Both the position numbers and the translations under genes were made by a program. A stretch of DNA of 64,000 bases from Lingula anatina (Eukaryota; Animalia; Brachiopoda). The notes beneath the pieces were generated by a model. It did not search any database. It had not been told where the DNA came from and saw nothing but the letters and a program-made list of their open reading frames with translations. This document shows, piece by piece, positions 51,544-64,000 of the stretch (its first letter is position 1; each line of letters begins with the position of its first letter). The stretch spans positions 12,028,001 to 12,092,000 of the forward strand of contig CM120649.1 in assembly GCA_051362555.1 (NCBI GenBank), written 5' to 3'.

Positions 51544-52527
51544 GGCCACACTTTTTTATTTTTATGGATGACATCCTCTGGGTACCCCAAAATCGGTGCG
51601 AGAGGGCGAAAAAAAAAAAAAACAGTCCAAAAAAAAAAAAAAAAAACTGCTTAAGTAAAGGAATGCTGTCAGTACACAGCTGGAAACACAAATTTAACCA
51701 CAGAAACACGTATCAAACTAACAATATGTCTTTATCCATGCTCTCAAAATATTAAAGCATTGTGAATACTTCGTAGAAATGTAAAAAAAAGTCATGAATT
51801 GATATACTTCATATTACCAAATCTATTTAAGGTTATTTCATGCATTCATTTGGTATAGCAATCAATAAAACAAATATCAATCAAACAGTGCGTCTTTATT
51901 TGTATTCTCAGAATATTAAAACATTTTGAACACTTCACAGAAATGTTTAAAAAATGATGCAAAGATATGCTAAATACTACCAAATCTATTAAAGGTCATT
52001 TCAGACGATGCCATTTTGTCAACTTCAACTCACACGAAGCAGCTAAACTGTCAGGTGGCCTGTCCGACCTTCAGCCCACCAAATACCTCGACGCCCTTGT
52101 TGACCCTTTTTTCGCTACAGAAAACCTGGTATTAATGTGCTGCTTTATACAGAATGTCACAGAAATGTTTCGGCCGCCTCCAGCCTTTCGCACAATTGTA
52201 AAAAGGTGATATCTCCATGCCCAATATCAATGGCATACCAATCCAAAACGATGGCGCCCGTTCTCTTGATGACTTTTATTGTTGTGTTATTTGAAAGTAA
52301 TCCTAGAGATGAATTTGACAGCAAAGTAGCCGCATTTCCAAGTGGCGAAAATACGCATGCGCAGAAAGCTCATTTCCTTGCAAATTCAATAACAACGTTT
52401 GCGACAACCGACTTCGTTGGGGGCTGGGGGGGGGGGGGCTTTTTTTTTTTTTTTTTTTTTTTTTTGAGAACGGGCGAAAATCCGTGCGCGCGCAGGATGT
52501 CATCCATAAAATTAAAAAAGTGTGGCC
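51544..52527. mobile_element. Non-autonomous TIR element (Zator or PIF/Harbinger-like)
   Basis: TTA|ggccacacttttttatttttatggatgacatcct ... aggatgtcatccataaaattaaaaaagtgtggcc|TTA. Confidence 0.8.
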
Positions 52528-52594
52528 TTACCTATAAAAACGTAGACCCCCTCGGCATTGTTAAGCCTCTCCCCAACACTTGTCTACTCTGGCC

Positions 52595-52980
52595 TTAAAG
52601 AGATAACAACTGTTCTTAAAAAAAACTATAGGCCTACTGCTAACAATTAATTCCTTTTTTTTCTAAAAAGTTTGGTTTTTTTAACCGCAGTTTTGGTGGG
52701 AGAATAGAATCTATGGGGGCGTCTCGATAGTCCGAAGGTTCATTGGTCCGAAGGTTCATTGGTCCGAAAAGTGGTAACATTTTCATCGATTTTTTAATCA
52801 AGGGTTCATTGGTCCGAAGGTTCTATAGTGAACATTCGGACCAATGAACCTTCGGACTATTGAACCTTCGGACTATCGCTACGGCCCTCGAATCTATTAT
52901 ATTTCCATGAGTTGTTAACTTGGTAACATTGTGTTTATTTTGAAATATGGATCTCTTACGAAAAGTTGTTATCCCTTTAA
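52595..52980. mobile_element. Kolobok-like MITE (TTAA ends) carrying the nested young MITE
   Basis: ttaaagagataacaact ... agttgttatcccttta a inverted ends. Confidence 0.55.
52715..52888. mobile_element. Young MITE (copy 2)
   Basis: Near-identical to 34786-34959; flanked by the direct repeat gaatctat. Confidence 0.85.
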
Positions 52981-55900
52981 GCTCACTACGCTCCTTTCTA
53001 AACTACAACAAAAGCATTTTTTTATGTAATTTAAGTTTTTATAATTAATACTAAACAAACATCATAAAAAAGGGAGCTCCAAAACTACATGTATATGAAT
53101 TTTATTTGTATGCTTAACTCTCTCTCTCTCTCTCTCTCTGTATATATATATATACAGGAGTTTTCTGTACATTTAAATTTTCGGAAATTTTATTAGCAAC
53201 AAAATGTTTAGACTAGCAATTATAATTAAAAAAACCATTTATTAAAACATACAATTCTGAGGTGATGAAATTTTTCTGACTAGACATTTAAATCGAGATT
53301 TGTTTATGGGGCACATTTTATATGGCTGGGAAGCTCGTTCCACAAGACTACATCCAGTACTTGAGCATTCAAAAGATGTTTTTTCCATTAGACTATTTAA
53401 AGGTGATGGGTAAAGGATATTTTTTTACTACATAGTTTGAATTCCTAATTGATTCCTTGCCACCTACGATGAATATAGTGCCCAATTACACACTAGGCCT
53501 ATTGATAAAGAAAGTGGAACCAGGATATTTCGATCCAAGGTAGGCCTATCGTCCGAGATCTGAAGTCAGTTTCATTCAGAATAACTCTACCACAGTCGTT
53601 TTTAAAATAACCATTGTAAATCCGCTGTTTTTGTTTATGAGGTACGACACCTCAGACACTCCGTGTTCAATGTCCCTACCTGCGTGGGATGCGTGAATTA
53701 CACGGAGATGTACGTACATGTAGGCCTATGGATTTCCCATTTTTGCACTGATCGTTTCCTAAATAATTTCCGATCATTTCAACCTGATATATTTTCACTC
53801 CAGGAAGTAATCGAGTTGAAAATTATTCGTTCCGCCCCCTAGAAATTATTTGATATCATGTATGCCTTTATTGAAATGATATTGCTTATAATCAGCATAT
53901 TTAACGGGGAATCACAAGTAATCGACTTTAGATCAAAGTCACTTAATCACACTAAAAATATCACGAATGGATATTGGTTTTTCGCAGATTAGTTGTTGAT
54001 TTGATTGTTTGGGGAAGACATGTACGTGAGCTGTGCTAAAAATAATCTCTCGGACGTCATATCGATTGTATTCATTCATAAAACGTGTGGGTGGGCTGTG
54101 ACGCTCGTCAGTGGCTTGTCGTGGTAAGTATACACACCTCCCCTCTAGTGGTATTTTAATTTACATAATATTTTTGAAAGTTTCATAGTTGGCGCAAATA
54201 TAACAAAAGCTAAAAGGGTCTTCATATACATCCCTACTAAATAAAAAATACCAGAATATGTAGAATAGTCACGAATAGTCTACCAGCTTGCTTTGAAGCT
54301 TTATTTATTCGGGTCATTGCAATCCCATAATCCCCTACAAGGTCAGGGTATTTAATATTCAATATGGCGGTATGAGGGACGCTCGTACCAAATGGTTTGT
54401 TTTTTTCTTATGAAACTAGCGTAAAATCGGGAAAACCGAAGGGAATATTCAACGAAAAGTGAGCTTAGTTTAAACATAAACTGACAAGGTAAGGATATGT
54501 TTCTTAGACCATTTAGCTGGAAGCTCTAATGAAATTAAGCATATGTCCGGGCAGCAGATTTTTTTCTGTCGGGACAAATGCTGTTCTGATATATCTCGTA
54601 TGTTGATAATGATTAATAAGCACCCGTCCGCTAGACTAGTCAACTGACAGCCAGTTGTCTGCTTTCTAGAGAGATGTAGTATATATACTCTACGAATTAT
54701 CTCTAAAATCTATATCTTGCAACATTCAGTTATCTTTGTTTTGGTCCAACTTGAAATGACATTCGCAATCAGTGCATAAATGAAAGTGGGTATTTGGACC
54801 AGATGTTCGATGGTTTGCCTGTGTGAAGTCTAGGATAATGAGATGAAAAGGTAAGAATAAAAACTAAAGAGGGCATAGAGCTTATTTCAGATTTTCTAGA
54901 ATAGATGGACCAGCAGACTTATAAAATAGGTGCTTTTTACAGCCCTTCATCATTCATTCATTCGTATTTATTTTGAACATGTTATGATCGGTTTGGAATT
55001 CTCAAAGTACATGTGTAAGTTTTTCAGGATAGATAGACAAAGTCTGCTACAATTCTTTGGTCACGCTAATTGACATTACGTCGTACAGTATTGGAAGTGG
55101 GAAAAATGGATATCCACCTGTGCATTTATAATATACTATATCATAGTATATATTAGCTACCTCATAATCATCTATAGCACTGATAAATGAGGCAAACAGC
55201 CCATTATTGATGACATGTACATTTTCTATGAACTGCATAACTAACCATGTTAAATATATGAATTGCATTAGAAAATGAACATTACTTTGGGCAGATCAAG
55301 CAACATGTAGTAACATGCAGTCAACTTTCAACTTCCCCATGAACCACAAACTGAGTCATACTTAGTGTAGGTCTATGCATGGGAAGAAGAGGTTTTTCGG
55401 TAGCACCAATAAATCAAATGTACTTGGGGATAGATTGACTCTAAGTGCTTGCCATATATGAAAAAGCAAATCTTCAAAGCAACTAAAATGCTTCACATGC
55501 ACAGAAGCAGACTTCCAGGCACCCTCAAATGCATGCCTTTAAAGTGGCTCTGTAAACTTGAGTAAAATTATTTGAAGAACACTGTAAGTGAATGTCATCA
55601 TTGGTTAGCTTCTGGAAAATTACTAATAAATACAATGTTGAGTCAAGTGAGAAGCAAAATAAACAATTGCTCAGCAAAGATGAACAAAAAGAAATAACAT
55701 GGTTTCACTTGTCTGACCAGAAATTCAGACATGTCTGACCAGAAACTAAATTATTTCGAGAGATATGAAAGAATATAAAACATTCTTTCCATTTTTTTTT
55801 TCTTAAGGAAAATGCTGTTCAGTGTGAAAATTTGAGGTAGGATACCTCAAAATAGTTAGAAAGAGGGTTTTAACATGGGGATTTTTCTAGAGTCAATTAA

Positions 55901-56945
55901 AACAAACTGTTATGCTTATAATGCGTATAAAGAGTTACGTTATTGCACCTTAAGTTGTTGACCACTTTTTAAAAGAATTCAGTGCTACTTGATTTGTATG
56001 CATTCATGAAAAAAGAACTTGACTTTTGGCCAAGGTTAGTATAAGTTGAACATCTTGGTGACTATTGATTGTGGAAGATGAAACTACTCTTGTATGTGTG
56101 CACTTGTTTACTTACTGAAGGTGCCATATTGTTGTGAAGCCAGTCCATTAAGTGAATTTTAGTTGGCTTCACTCTGTGATAGCATCAGCTATAACTGTCC
56201 TGGGCCATATGGGAAGAAATTGATTTGAATCAGAAGGTTGTAAATCGTCTTAACTAGATTAATTTTGTGAGTTTGCTCCTCCTCCCTACCCCAACGGCAA
56301 CCCTCAATGGAAGGGTTTTTTTGTGACTGTAAGAAATTTCATATGGGATAATAAGAGATTTCAAGACAATTGCTTGTCACATCAGCTTGAACTTAATGGT
56401 GCATAGTAATATCAGGTACTTTTTATCTGCTAAATCATCACTACAGCATATTTTGGCTATGATGTAATTGAAAGCAAGTATGGTTTCATAAAAAATTCTG
56501 GTGTTATATTATTTTCAGAAAGCAAGATTGCATGAAGTAAATACTGTTTTTGTCAGCTTTTAGTGTTGTACATTTTTGAGCAGAATTTTTTCTCAGATGT
56601 TGTATTAAAAGAAATCGGCCAGAACATGACTTTTAAGTATTTCCCCATTTGTGAAACCAGACTAGTTCTGAAGAACCAATCATATGAAAGTACTGGAGTA
56701 ATGTAATTTACAGTTTTAAAATTTTGAAGAATTTTATTGAAAATTGAAATATAAATTGTGGAAATTGATTGATTGTGTGGATACATTTTTTTAATTTCCA
56801 GTTTTCTACATTTGGGTCTCCTCTTTCTAGTCAGCTGGAACAAGAATGCGTGAAGACAATCAAAGAAAGGACACCTAACGCAATATCACATTGTCACTGA
56901 TTTGTCACACTAACACACTGTCACATCAAACACAAGTCAATTGGA

Positions 56946-57951
56946 ATGAGGATGAGTGAAAAAACAAGTGACCAATCTCAGATCAAAGGGGGGAGTTCCC
57001 CTAGTCATGGAAGCAGTGAACAGTTGGCCAAGGACCCCCAGGTTAATGGCCATGAAAGCGCAAAGGAAGATGGTGATAAGGATTTAAAGGGAAATGTTAA
57101 AGAAACACCACAAGGCAATGTCCACGATGGGCAAGGAGACTGGCAAGACAAAATGAATGAAGCAGAGAGTGGCAGTGGCCAGAAAGTGCCACGGGGAAAT
57201 GGAGCGGGGGACTCACACAGCAATGGAGATCCAGCTGGATTGGATGGAGCAGACAGCAAAGTCAGCAGTGCCTGCCTGGATCACGGGGAATCCCCAACCA
57301 AAACCAAGGCGGTAAAAGAGAATGTAGTCTCCCATGGCAAGGCTAGTGCTACCAAAGGGCTTTCAAATGGAAATTCTGGGAAGACTGGAAAGTCTTCCAG
57401 TGAGAAAAGTCTCCCACTGGAGGTGTCGACTCCAGTTGAGCCAGGCTTCTCCCTGGAGACCTCGCCTCGGAGCCACCGTAACCGTCACCGTGAAGGTAGA
57501 GGGGAGGGGACCCAAAAGGTTCACTCGCCCAGAGGGTACCCACCACACCCACCTCATGCCCAAGGGCCACAGCACACCCATCCTCCAGCCCAGGGGCCAC
57601 AAGCACCACCACACCAGACACCACCTCATCACCACCAATCTGACCCTTCAGCATCTCCCCGTGGGGGTCACTCACCCAGTGGCCACTCCCCTCGGTCAAC
57701 TTCTCGTGGAGGGAGTCCACAGAGGGAAAATGGTGCCACCGGTACAATGTCCACTGGTGCTCCCGTACCTCCCTCCAGCAGCGCCGCCATGGCTGGTGGT
57801 ACGGGAACTGTGCCTGCGGGTACCAGCCTCAGCAGTGGCAGTGGCCAGCAGGGACTGACACTGGGTCCGGGACAGCACGTGGTACATGTGCATGTCAATC
57901 CTGGGGAGACGTTCTCTGTGCGTGTTGGGGACCAAATTCAGCACATCCAAG
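56946..57951 (+). CDS. FNDC3: First coding exon of a fibronectin type-III domain-containing protein 3 (FNDC3A/B-like); the gene continues beyond the window
   Basis: Long G/S/P/H-rich ORF ending QHVVHVHVNPGETFSVRVGDQIQHIQG, resembling the conserved N-terminal FNDC3 motif (VQVNPGExFTI..QCIxG), directly followed by G|GTAAGT. An acceptor ctctttctAG ends at 56830. Confidence 0.8.
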
Positions 57952-60553
57952 GTAAGTGGAATGAGGTTAATTTAGATGTTGGGAATGTGTACACCCCTGA
58001 AAGTTAAGGATGATATGTCCTTAATTTGGTCATAAATGCATGTACATAGTTCATCTTGGGGGTTAACATACCATTTATGTTTGAAGGGGTATGTCCTAGG
58101 TATTAAGGTTGACTGTGCCTGCAATACTAAAGATATTTGTCACTATCAGGGGTGAATTTGCCCAGAATGATAGTTTCTGATTGTCAAATCCGTCTTCCCA
58201 GACTTAAATCTTTGTCACTTTGTAATTTGTGGCTAAAAGAAGTTGGTGTAACACAAGGAAACTGTATGTATTTTGGTTTTCCTTTTTGCTTAGTCATTTG
58301 GGATTTTTTTTATAACTCTAGACAAAAGTGATATGTTCACAAATTATTACATTTTGTTTTGGCTTATTCAATTAAGTTTCTAAAAATAAGAAAGAGGCTT
58401 AATAGCTGATGCCCAGTTGAATCTATCTCTGCTTCTGTGTCAGTTATTTTAAGTCCTTGCTCATTTTTTTTAAGGAAAGCATAATCCATGTTCAGTACAT
58501 TTCATTTTCTTATATTTATTTCTATTAAACTTAGTAAAATTTGCATTATTAGGTTTTATATCCATATAATTTGTATCACTTATTTCATGTTAGTTCAAAA
58601 CCTTGCATTACTATGAGTCTGTAGTATAACATATTGATTTTCATTTAACATTTCATATCTTTATTTTGCAATATATCTTTATGTTTTCAGACTATGAGTA
58701 ATGTTTTTGTATGCCTTCGTCTCAAACTGCCTTATTTTTATGGAAATTGAAACAAGGTCTTGTTTTTGTGAAGATATTTATAATTAATCTTAGATTCTAC
58801 CTGCAGGTGTAAATTGTTCCAGATCAGTCATAGATTAAAAAATGTTTCATGATTCAATTCTTCACAAAAGGAGCACCTGTCATATCATTTTTAGAAAATG
58901 TTTATCATAAAAGAAATACAGAACTTACAGACTGCTATCTTCAAATTCATTTTTTCTTTTTTTTTTTTTCAGTGTTAAATTATGGTTTAACTCATGCAAA
59001 AAAAAAAAAAAAAAAGAAATGCTTGGCTTCAAATGAACTTGTTTATGTATTGATACATTTTCGCAGAGTGGATGTTTTTATTTTAGCTTGAAAACTAATG
59101 ACCGTAATTCCTATCCAGTGCTTATATCAGCTCATGTTGCAGCTAGATTTCTTGGCTGGCTACAGGTTATCGTGACATAGGATTTAAGAAAACACTTTTT
59201 TCAATCCAGTTGATAAAGACAATATAAAATATGGTTGAAGTATTCATTACCAACTTGAAGAACATGTGGAGTGAGATTGACCACCTGTTGGAGTTCTATT
59301 CTTCCAATGTTAATTTATACTTTTCTCACTTTAACTGTTTTTTTTTTTCATCTGCAAATGATGATTTTAACAAATTTCCAATATTTCAGACTGTATATAT
59401 GAAAAAAACAAACCAAATTTCAGCTTTGATAAAAAAAATTAGCAGTTATGTTTTTAATTGCATTTCCTGGACTGCCATTTTGATTTAGCTTTCAAATTTT
59501 GCTTTTTGAACTGAAGCAAGACACTGATAAGAACCTGTCTCTTTAAATTTGTTATGTCAACAAACAGAATGATTGAAAAGGAATGTATTTATTTATTCAA
59601 CTTTGTCCCTTAAAGTTCTCTTTGTGATGTTCTGGGAAGACTTGGCCTAGTTAAAGCAATGTGAGTTCTTATTGAAATTTTACTGGGATTGCTGTCATCT
59701 TTTTTTTCTGCTATAGGTATATAATTTACTTTGTGGCTAGTCAAAGATATATTGTCTAAAACAACAACAACAAAAAAAAAAATGCAAGTCATAACCAGGA
59801 TGTTATTAATTCGTTCCACTCCCATTTGAATAACAACAGGATGATATTTTTAAAAGATTTGTTTGATAGAAGTTTTCTGAGAATGGTGTCATTTGCAACT
59901 ATCTTTTTTTCTTGAGTTTCAGTTTATACAGGTGATAGTTATGATTACTACTAGTGTCATAGTGTCTTGAAACAGTGTCTGTGCTATTTATGTGTGTATT
60001 GGCATGAATCAAATGCTGTCACGTCTTTAGACAGCAATGTGCAGATTCACACACTTGATGAATTGCTTTAAATTGCTCAGAGGCAGGTGTACCTAAAATC
60101 GTGACCATTTTGGCAAAGCTCATTGAAAAGAGAACAATGATGAGAATAAATGAAACTGAAACTAATTATTGTTCCTAAGATTAAGGTTTTTTTTTTATTT
60201 ATGATTAGTGATTTGGATTTGAGTCCATTTTTTCATGAGTACATAAATATCTAATTCTTTAATTAAAAGCCAAAAGAGATGTGTTGAATGCATTCTAGTT
60301 AATTAGAGCACACATCTGTGTTTGTGTGTCATTATGCCTGCATGATATGGGTGGGTGGAAATTATGTATTGTCCTGTCAACAGGTATACTTCACTGGCAG
60401 AGCTTGAGAATATTATTAAGGAGAGAGACAAGAGGTGGGGGTGGAGAAATCTGTCACTTGGCCTGGAGAAACCAAGAAGGTGTGTACATGGAGAGTGGGG
60501 GCTGCGATTATTTTTGAATGAGCATCATTGTGTATGTCAGGAATTCTGTTTGC

Positions 60554-60864
60554 TTAAAGCAATAATAACTCTTTGTTTCGGCCAAAAAATGAATTTTCCT
60601 GGAGTAAACAACAATTTTCCCATACTTACCAATGGTTAATGAATCCATTTTTACATTCAAAGTCAGTCCCTGGTTTTTTTCTAAAAAGTTTGAAAAAGTA
60701 TAGACATCAGTGGAGGTCAAGTGGTCTAAAGACAAGTTCAGATATCAGAATAAAAGCTATAACTGCTGTTTTTTGTGGTAAAACAGAATATATTATATTT
60801 CTATGAGTTATTCACAAGGTTTTTATTGTGAAATATAGATTACGAAGAGTTATTATCCCTTTAA
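60554..60864. mobile_element. Kolobok-like MITE in the FNDC3 intron
   Basis: ttaaagcaataataactctt / aagagttattatccctttaa; the interior resembles 12845-12970. Confidence 0.6.
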
Positions 60865-63800
60865 ATAAGACCCAAAAATGACAGGTCCTCGATTTTTCAA
60901 TAGGAGAAAAGTGACTTTTTGTGAAAGCCAAATACATGATTTTTTTCAGCAAATCAAGCAATATATGTACTCATTTCATCCAAGTTGGAATTGATCGTCA
61001 GTGTTGGTCAAGTAATACTCGGCTACCATCAGCTTAGAATGGGTAGGAGTATATATGTGTGTGCTTATGTGCATATAGGTGCAAGTTGCACAACACACAT
61101 TGAGTAATAAAAGGTCTAGATGAAAAGCATCATTATCTCCTGATTGGCATTTTCACTTCCACAATAACTGATGGCAGTTCCGATTTGTTTGTCACTCACG
61201 CCTACATGTCATGCTGCCTATGTAGAAATACTGATTGATGCATTCTGTGTGCCAGCATGTTTGGGTGTGTGTAAAATGTTCCTCAGATGTATGTTATTAT
61301 CTGCCCTTCTGAATAAAGTATGAGATACACTGCATATTATAATGATACAGTATATATACAGTTGTAAAGATGCAAATGCATATATGGTGATGGCGATTTT
61401 TATTAACAAATTGGATTAGTTCATTACAAATATTGACCTGGTACAAGATAGTGTGTAAATGATGTGTCTGTATTCAGCTAAGTTTTGAAAAAAAAATGTC
61501 TCACACACTGGCATGTTAAACATGAAGCTCTTGCCAAGTCAATCAGTTTGATAGATTGCAAATTGGATTCTTAGACCAACCCTCTTATCAAGTTATGCAA
61601 ACAGTTAACTTGCACATTTTCATTTCAAATTTTGCAGGATTGAAAACTAGCTTGTTTTAAGAATAGCATTTCAGTATATTTTCAGGGATTACTGTTTACA
61701 AGCTGTTTGCTGGAATACATAATAAGCATACAGGAATCAGAATTAAAGGAAATGATAAAAACCTCACATTTATCTATGATTTATAGTGGTACATTTGGGT
61801 GCTTGTTATTTCCATTTTAATTGTGTCATTTATACAGATTTGAGTTAAGTGGTAGCTTGATTGGTATAACTGTATCACAAGGGTCATAGTTGTCAGTAGT
61901 TTTATGCATATTGTCAACTATAGGATGTGGCTGTGATTGAGATGTGATCATTTTTTATATTCATCATCTTAACAGTGTCCTTAAAGTGAAAATGCACATA
62001 CTTTTTACTTTTTTTTACATGTCAAAGTGTAAGTGATCTATTTTTTTTCAGCACAGAAACCCTATGGACAGCTCATTAAAGTTGTTGTGGAACAGTACGG
62101 GCCTTTCATTTACTTCTCCAACCAAAGAAAATATGCACTGATATGTAACAATACCCTCTGTAGCTCACTGGTGTGGAAAATGTAGTTTTCCTGTGGTGTA
62201 ACCTTTTTCAGTGTCCCGTAACAACCTGTGAGGAGGAGAATGTCTGGGCGGTTTCCCTTTTTTTTCTTCATGCAAGGATATGATTGGTGCTCTAAAATTG
62301 TGTAATGATTTTCACTGGTGTCAGTTACCTAACACAGCTACTAGATTTTTCTTCAAGTTGATGCAATCAGGACTTGCCAATGTCCCAGAGAGGTTGCATT
62401 TTTTGGCAGTTCTTTTCCTCAAGGGCAGATTGTCTGGGTAGTTTCCATCCATGTGAATTTATCAAGTGCGGCAAATTGTGTAATGACTTTCACTGATGTT
62501 TTTGTTTGTTTTTCCAATAGACTCCTTTCTGTATTTCTACTTCATAATGTGTTCTTAAGATTAATTTTGTGAAAGACTTTTCAGTATTATGTTTAGCATT
62601 ACTTTTAATGCCTTTTTTTTTAAATTTTGCATTGTTTGTATATGAATATAGTAGATTCATTGCATTGAAATTAGGAAGGGGTGTATCTGGCATATTTTTA
62701 AGTGAATTCAAAGGTATGGAATGCTTCCGTCTTTGTGTTTCATTGTTGTCTTGCTTTTGATAGTATTGCATCTTCATTGCATGCCAGGGTGGGAACAAAT
62801 CAACTTCTGGTGTTGCACTGCTCTCATTTGCAGCTATGAAGTAGAAAATAGGGTACTGAAATGAACTGTGTGTAAACTTTTGTTAACAGTCTTGCTGCTC
62901 AGCAATAAGTGGAAACTACACCCTCTCAGAATGTTTAGGGATGTAAAATATTAGAGCTGGCTAAAAGAAGAATTATTGATTTGAAAAAGTTTGTTCATTG
63001 ACAGGAAAGGTTTTATCAGTAGTTTCTATTTTGAGCATATCATTGCTTCATTTCTAGATAATCTTATTATTTAGTCCAAGTTGAGTTATTTGTAATCATG
63101 AAATCAATGACATGCCTTACTGAAGGAGGTAAACAGATGAAAAGACATTTGATAAGTTGGTATTTATGATTTTTACATTTTAAGGTATCCTGTAAAATGT
63201 AATTATTTGTAAGGTTGGAGATATTGTAGCAACTTTTAAGAAATGTTTGGAAGTCCTGTATATCATGGGCTTACTAAAAACAGGTTATAAAGGCAAAGTA
63301 ATAAGTACTAGTTGTTGACTTCGCCTTACAGTTACTTAAACCTTATAAATATGTGGTAATAGGGGTATTTAATATAAACCCTGTTTGAATTTAAAGTTAC
63401 TGTTATTCTCACATCAAATTTGTCACGTTTTAATGATATAATGTCACCTGATCACCAAACAGATAGGGGAGGATAAAATATTGTTGAATTGACTTAAAAG
63501 ATTTTTGTGATCAAATTTTCAGCTCCGACATTTTTTCAACATGTTCATGTTGAGACATCATAATATTACAGTAAGTGGATGATCTAGAAATATTTTAGTT
63601 AAGGGGGAGGGGAGAAAAATCAAATTTATTTTATCTTATTATTATCATTTTACTTTCTATTTAATTAATTAATTAATTTATTTATTTATTTATTTGTATA
63701 TTTAATTATTTTTGTGGCAGACCGTGTTGGAGTTGAAATGTATGTAAATGCACAGGTCATGACCTGGTCATGGGGCTTTCTTATCCCTCTGTTCATTGCA

Positions 63801-64000
63801 GTGCATTCATTCACTATTTTACATTAACCTAGTGTCCTATTGAAAGACAGTGAGAGGAGACTTGTTGACATCTATGTCAGACAGGTAGTTATAACAAGAA
63901 TGTCATAGTAGTAACTGTGTCTCTCATGTTCTGTCTGGAATGAAATACTTTCTCCACCTACCTGTGTTTATATAGATACATATCAATGAGTATTTTTTTT

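Noticed and set aside
58010-64000. Further FNDC3 coding exons
   Set aside because: No recognisable FNDC3 continuation or FN3 sequence; treated as intron.

Overview
AT-rich, intron-containing animal (invertebrate-like) genomic DNA, not prokaryotic. 1-27.5 kb is almost entirely nested transposon-derived sequence: Helentron/HINE-like elements with internal ~122-123 bp tandem arrays, hAT-, Tc1/mariner- and Kolobok-type non-autonomous elements, and a decayed ISL2EU-like element with SWIM/YqaJ and HTH transposase ORFs. 28-45 kb is an accessory gene island: a 4-exon V8/glutamyl-endopeptidase-like serine protease (-), an intact bacterial-type FolB/FolX-FolK pterin/folate enzyme fusion (+), a tandem duplicate of it in which only the FolB/FolX domain survives, and an intronless NAT16-like GNAT acetyltransferase (+) with a 5' fragment left by the same duplication. 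46-64 kb holds conserved metazoan genes: a complete 6-coding-exon GPALPP1 (-) and the first coding exon of an FNDC3-family gene (+). The leading finding is the apparently horizontally acquired and domesticated FolB/FolX-FolK gene in an animal genome. All family assignments come from motif recognition by eye; no database searches were run.
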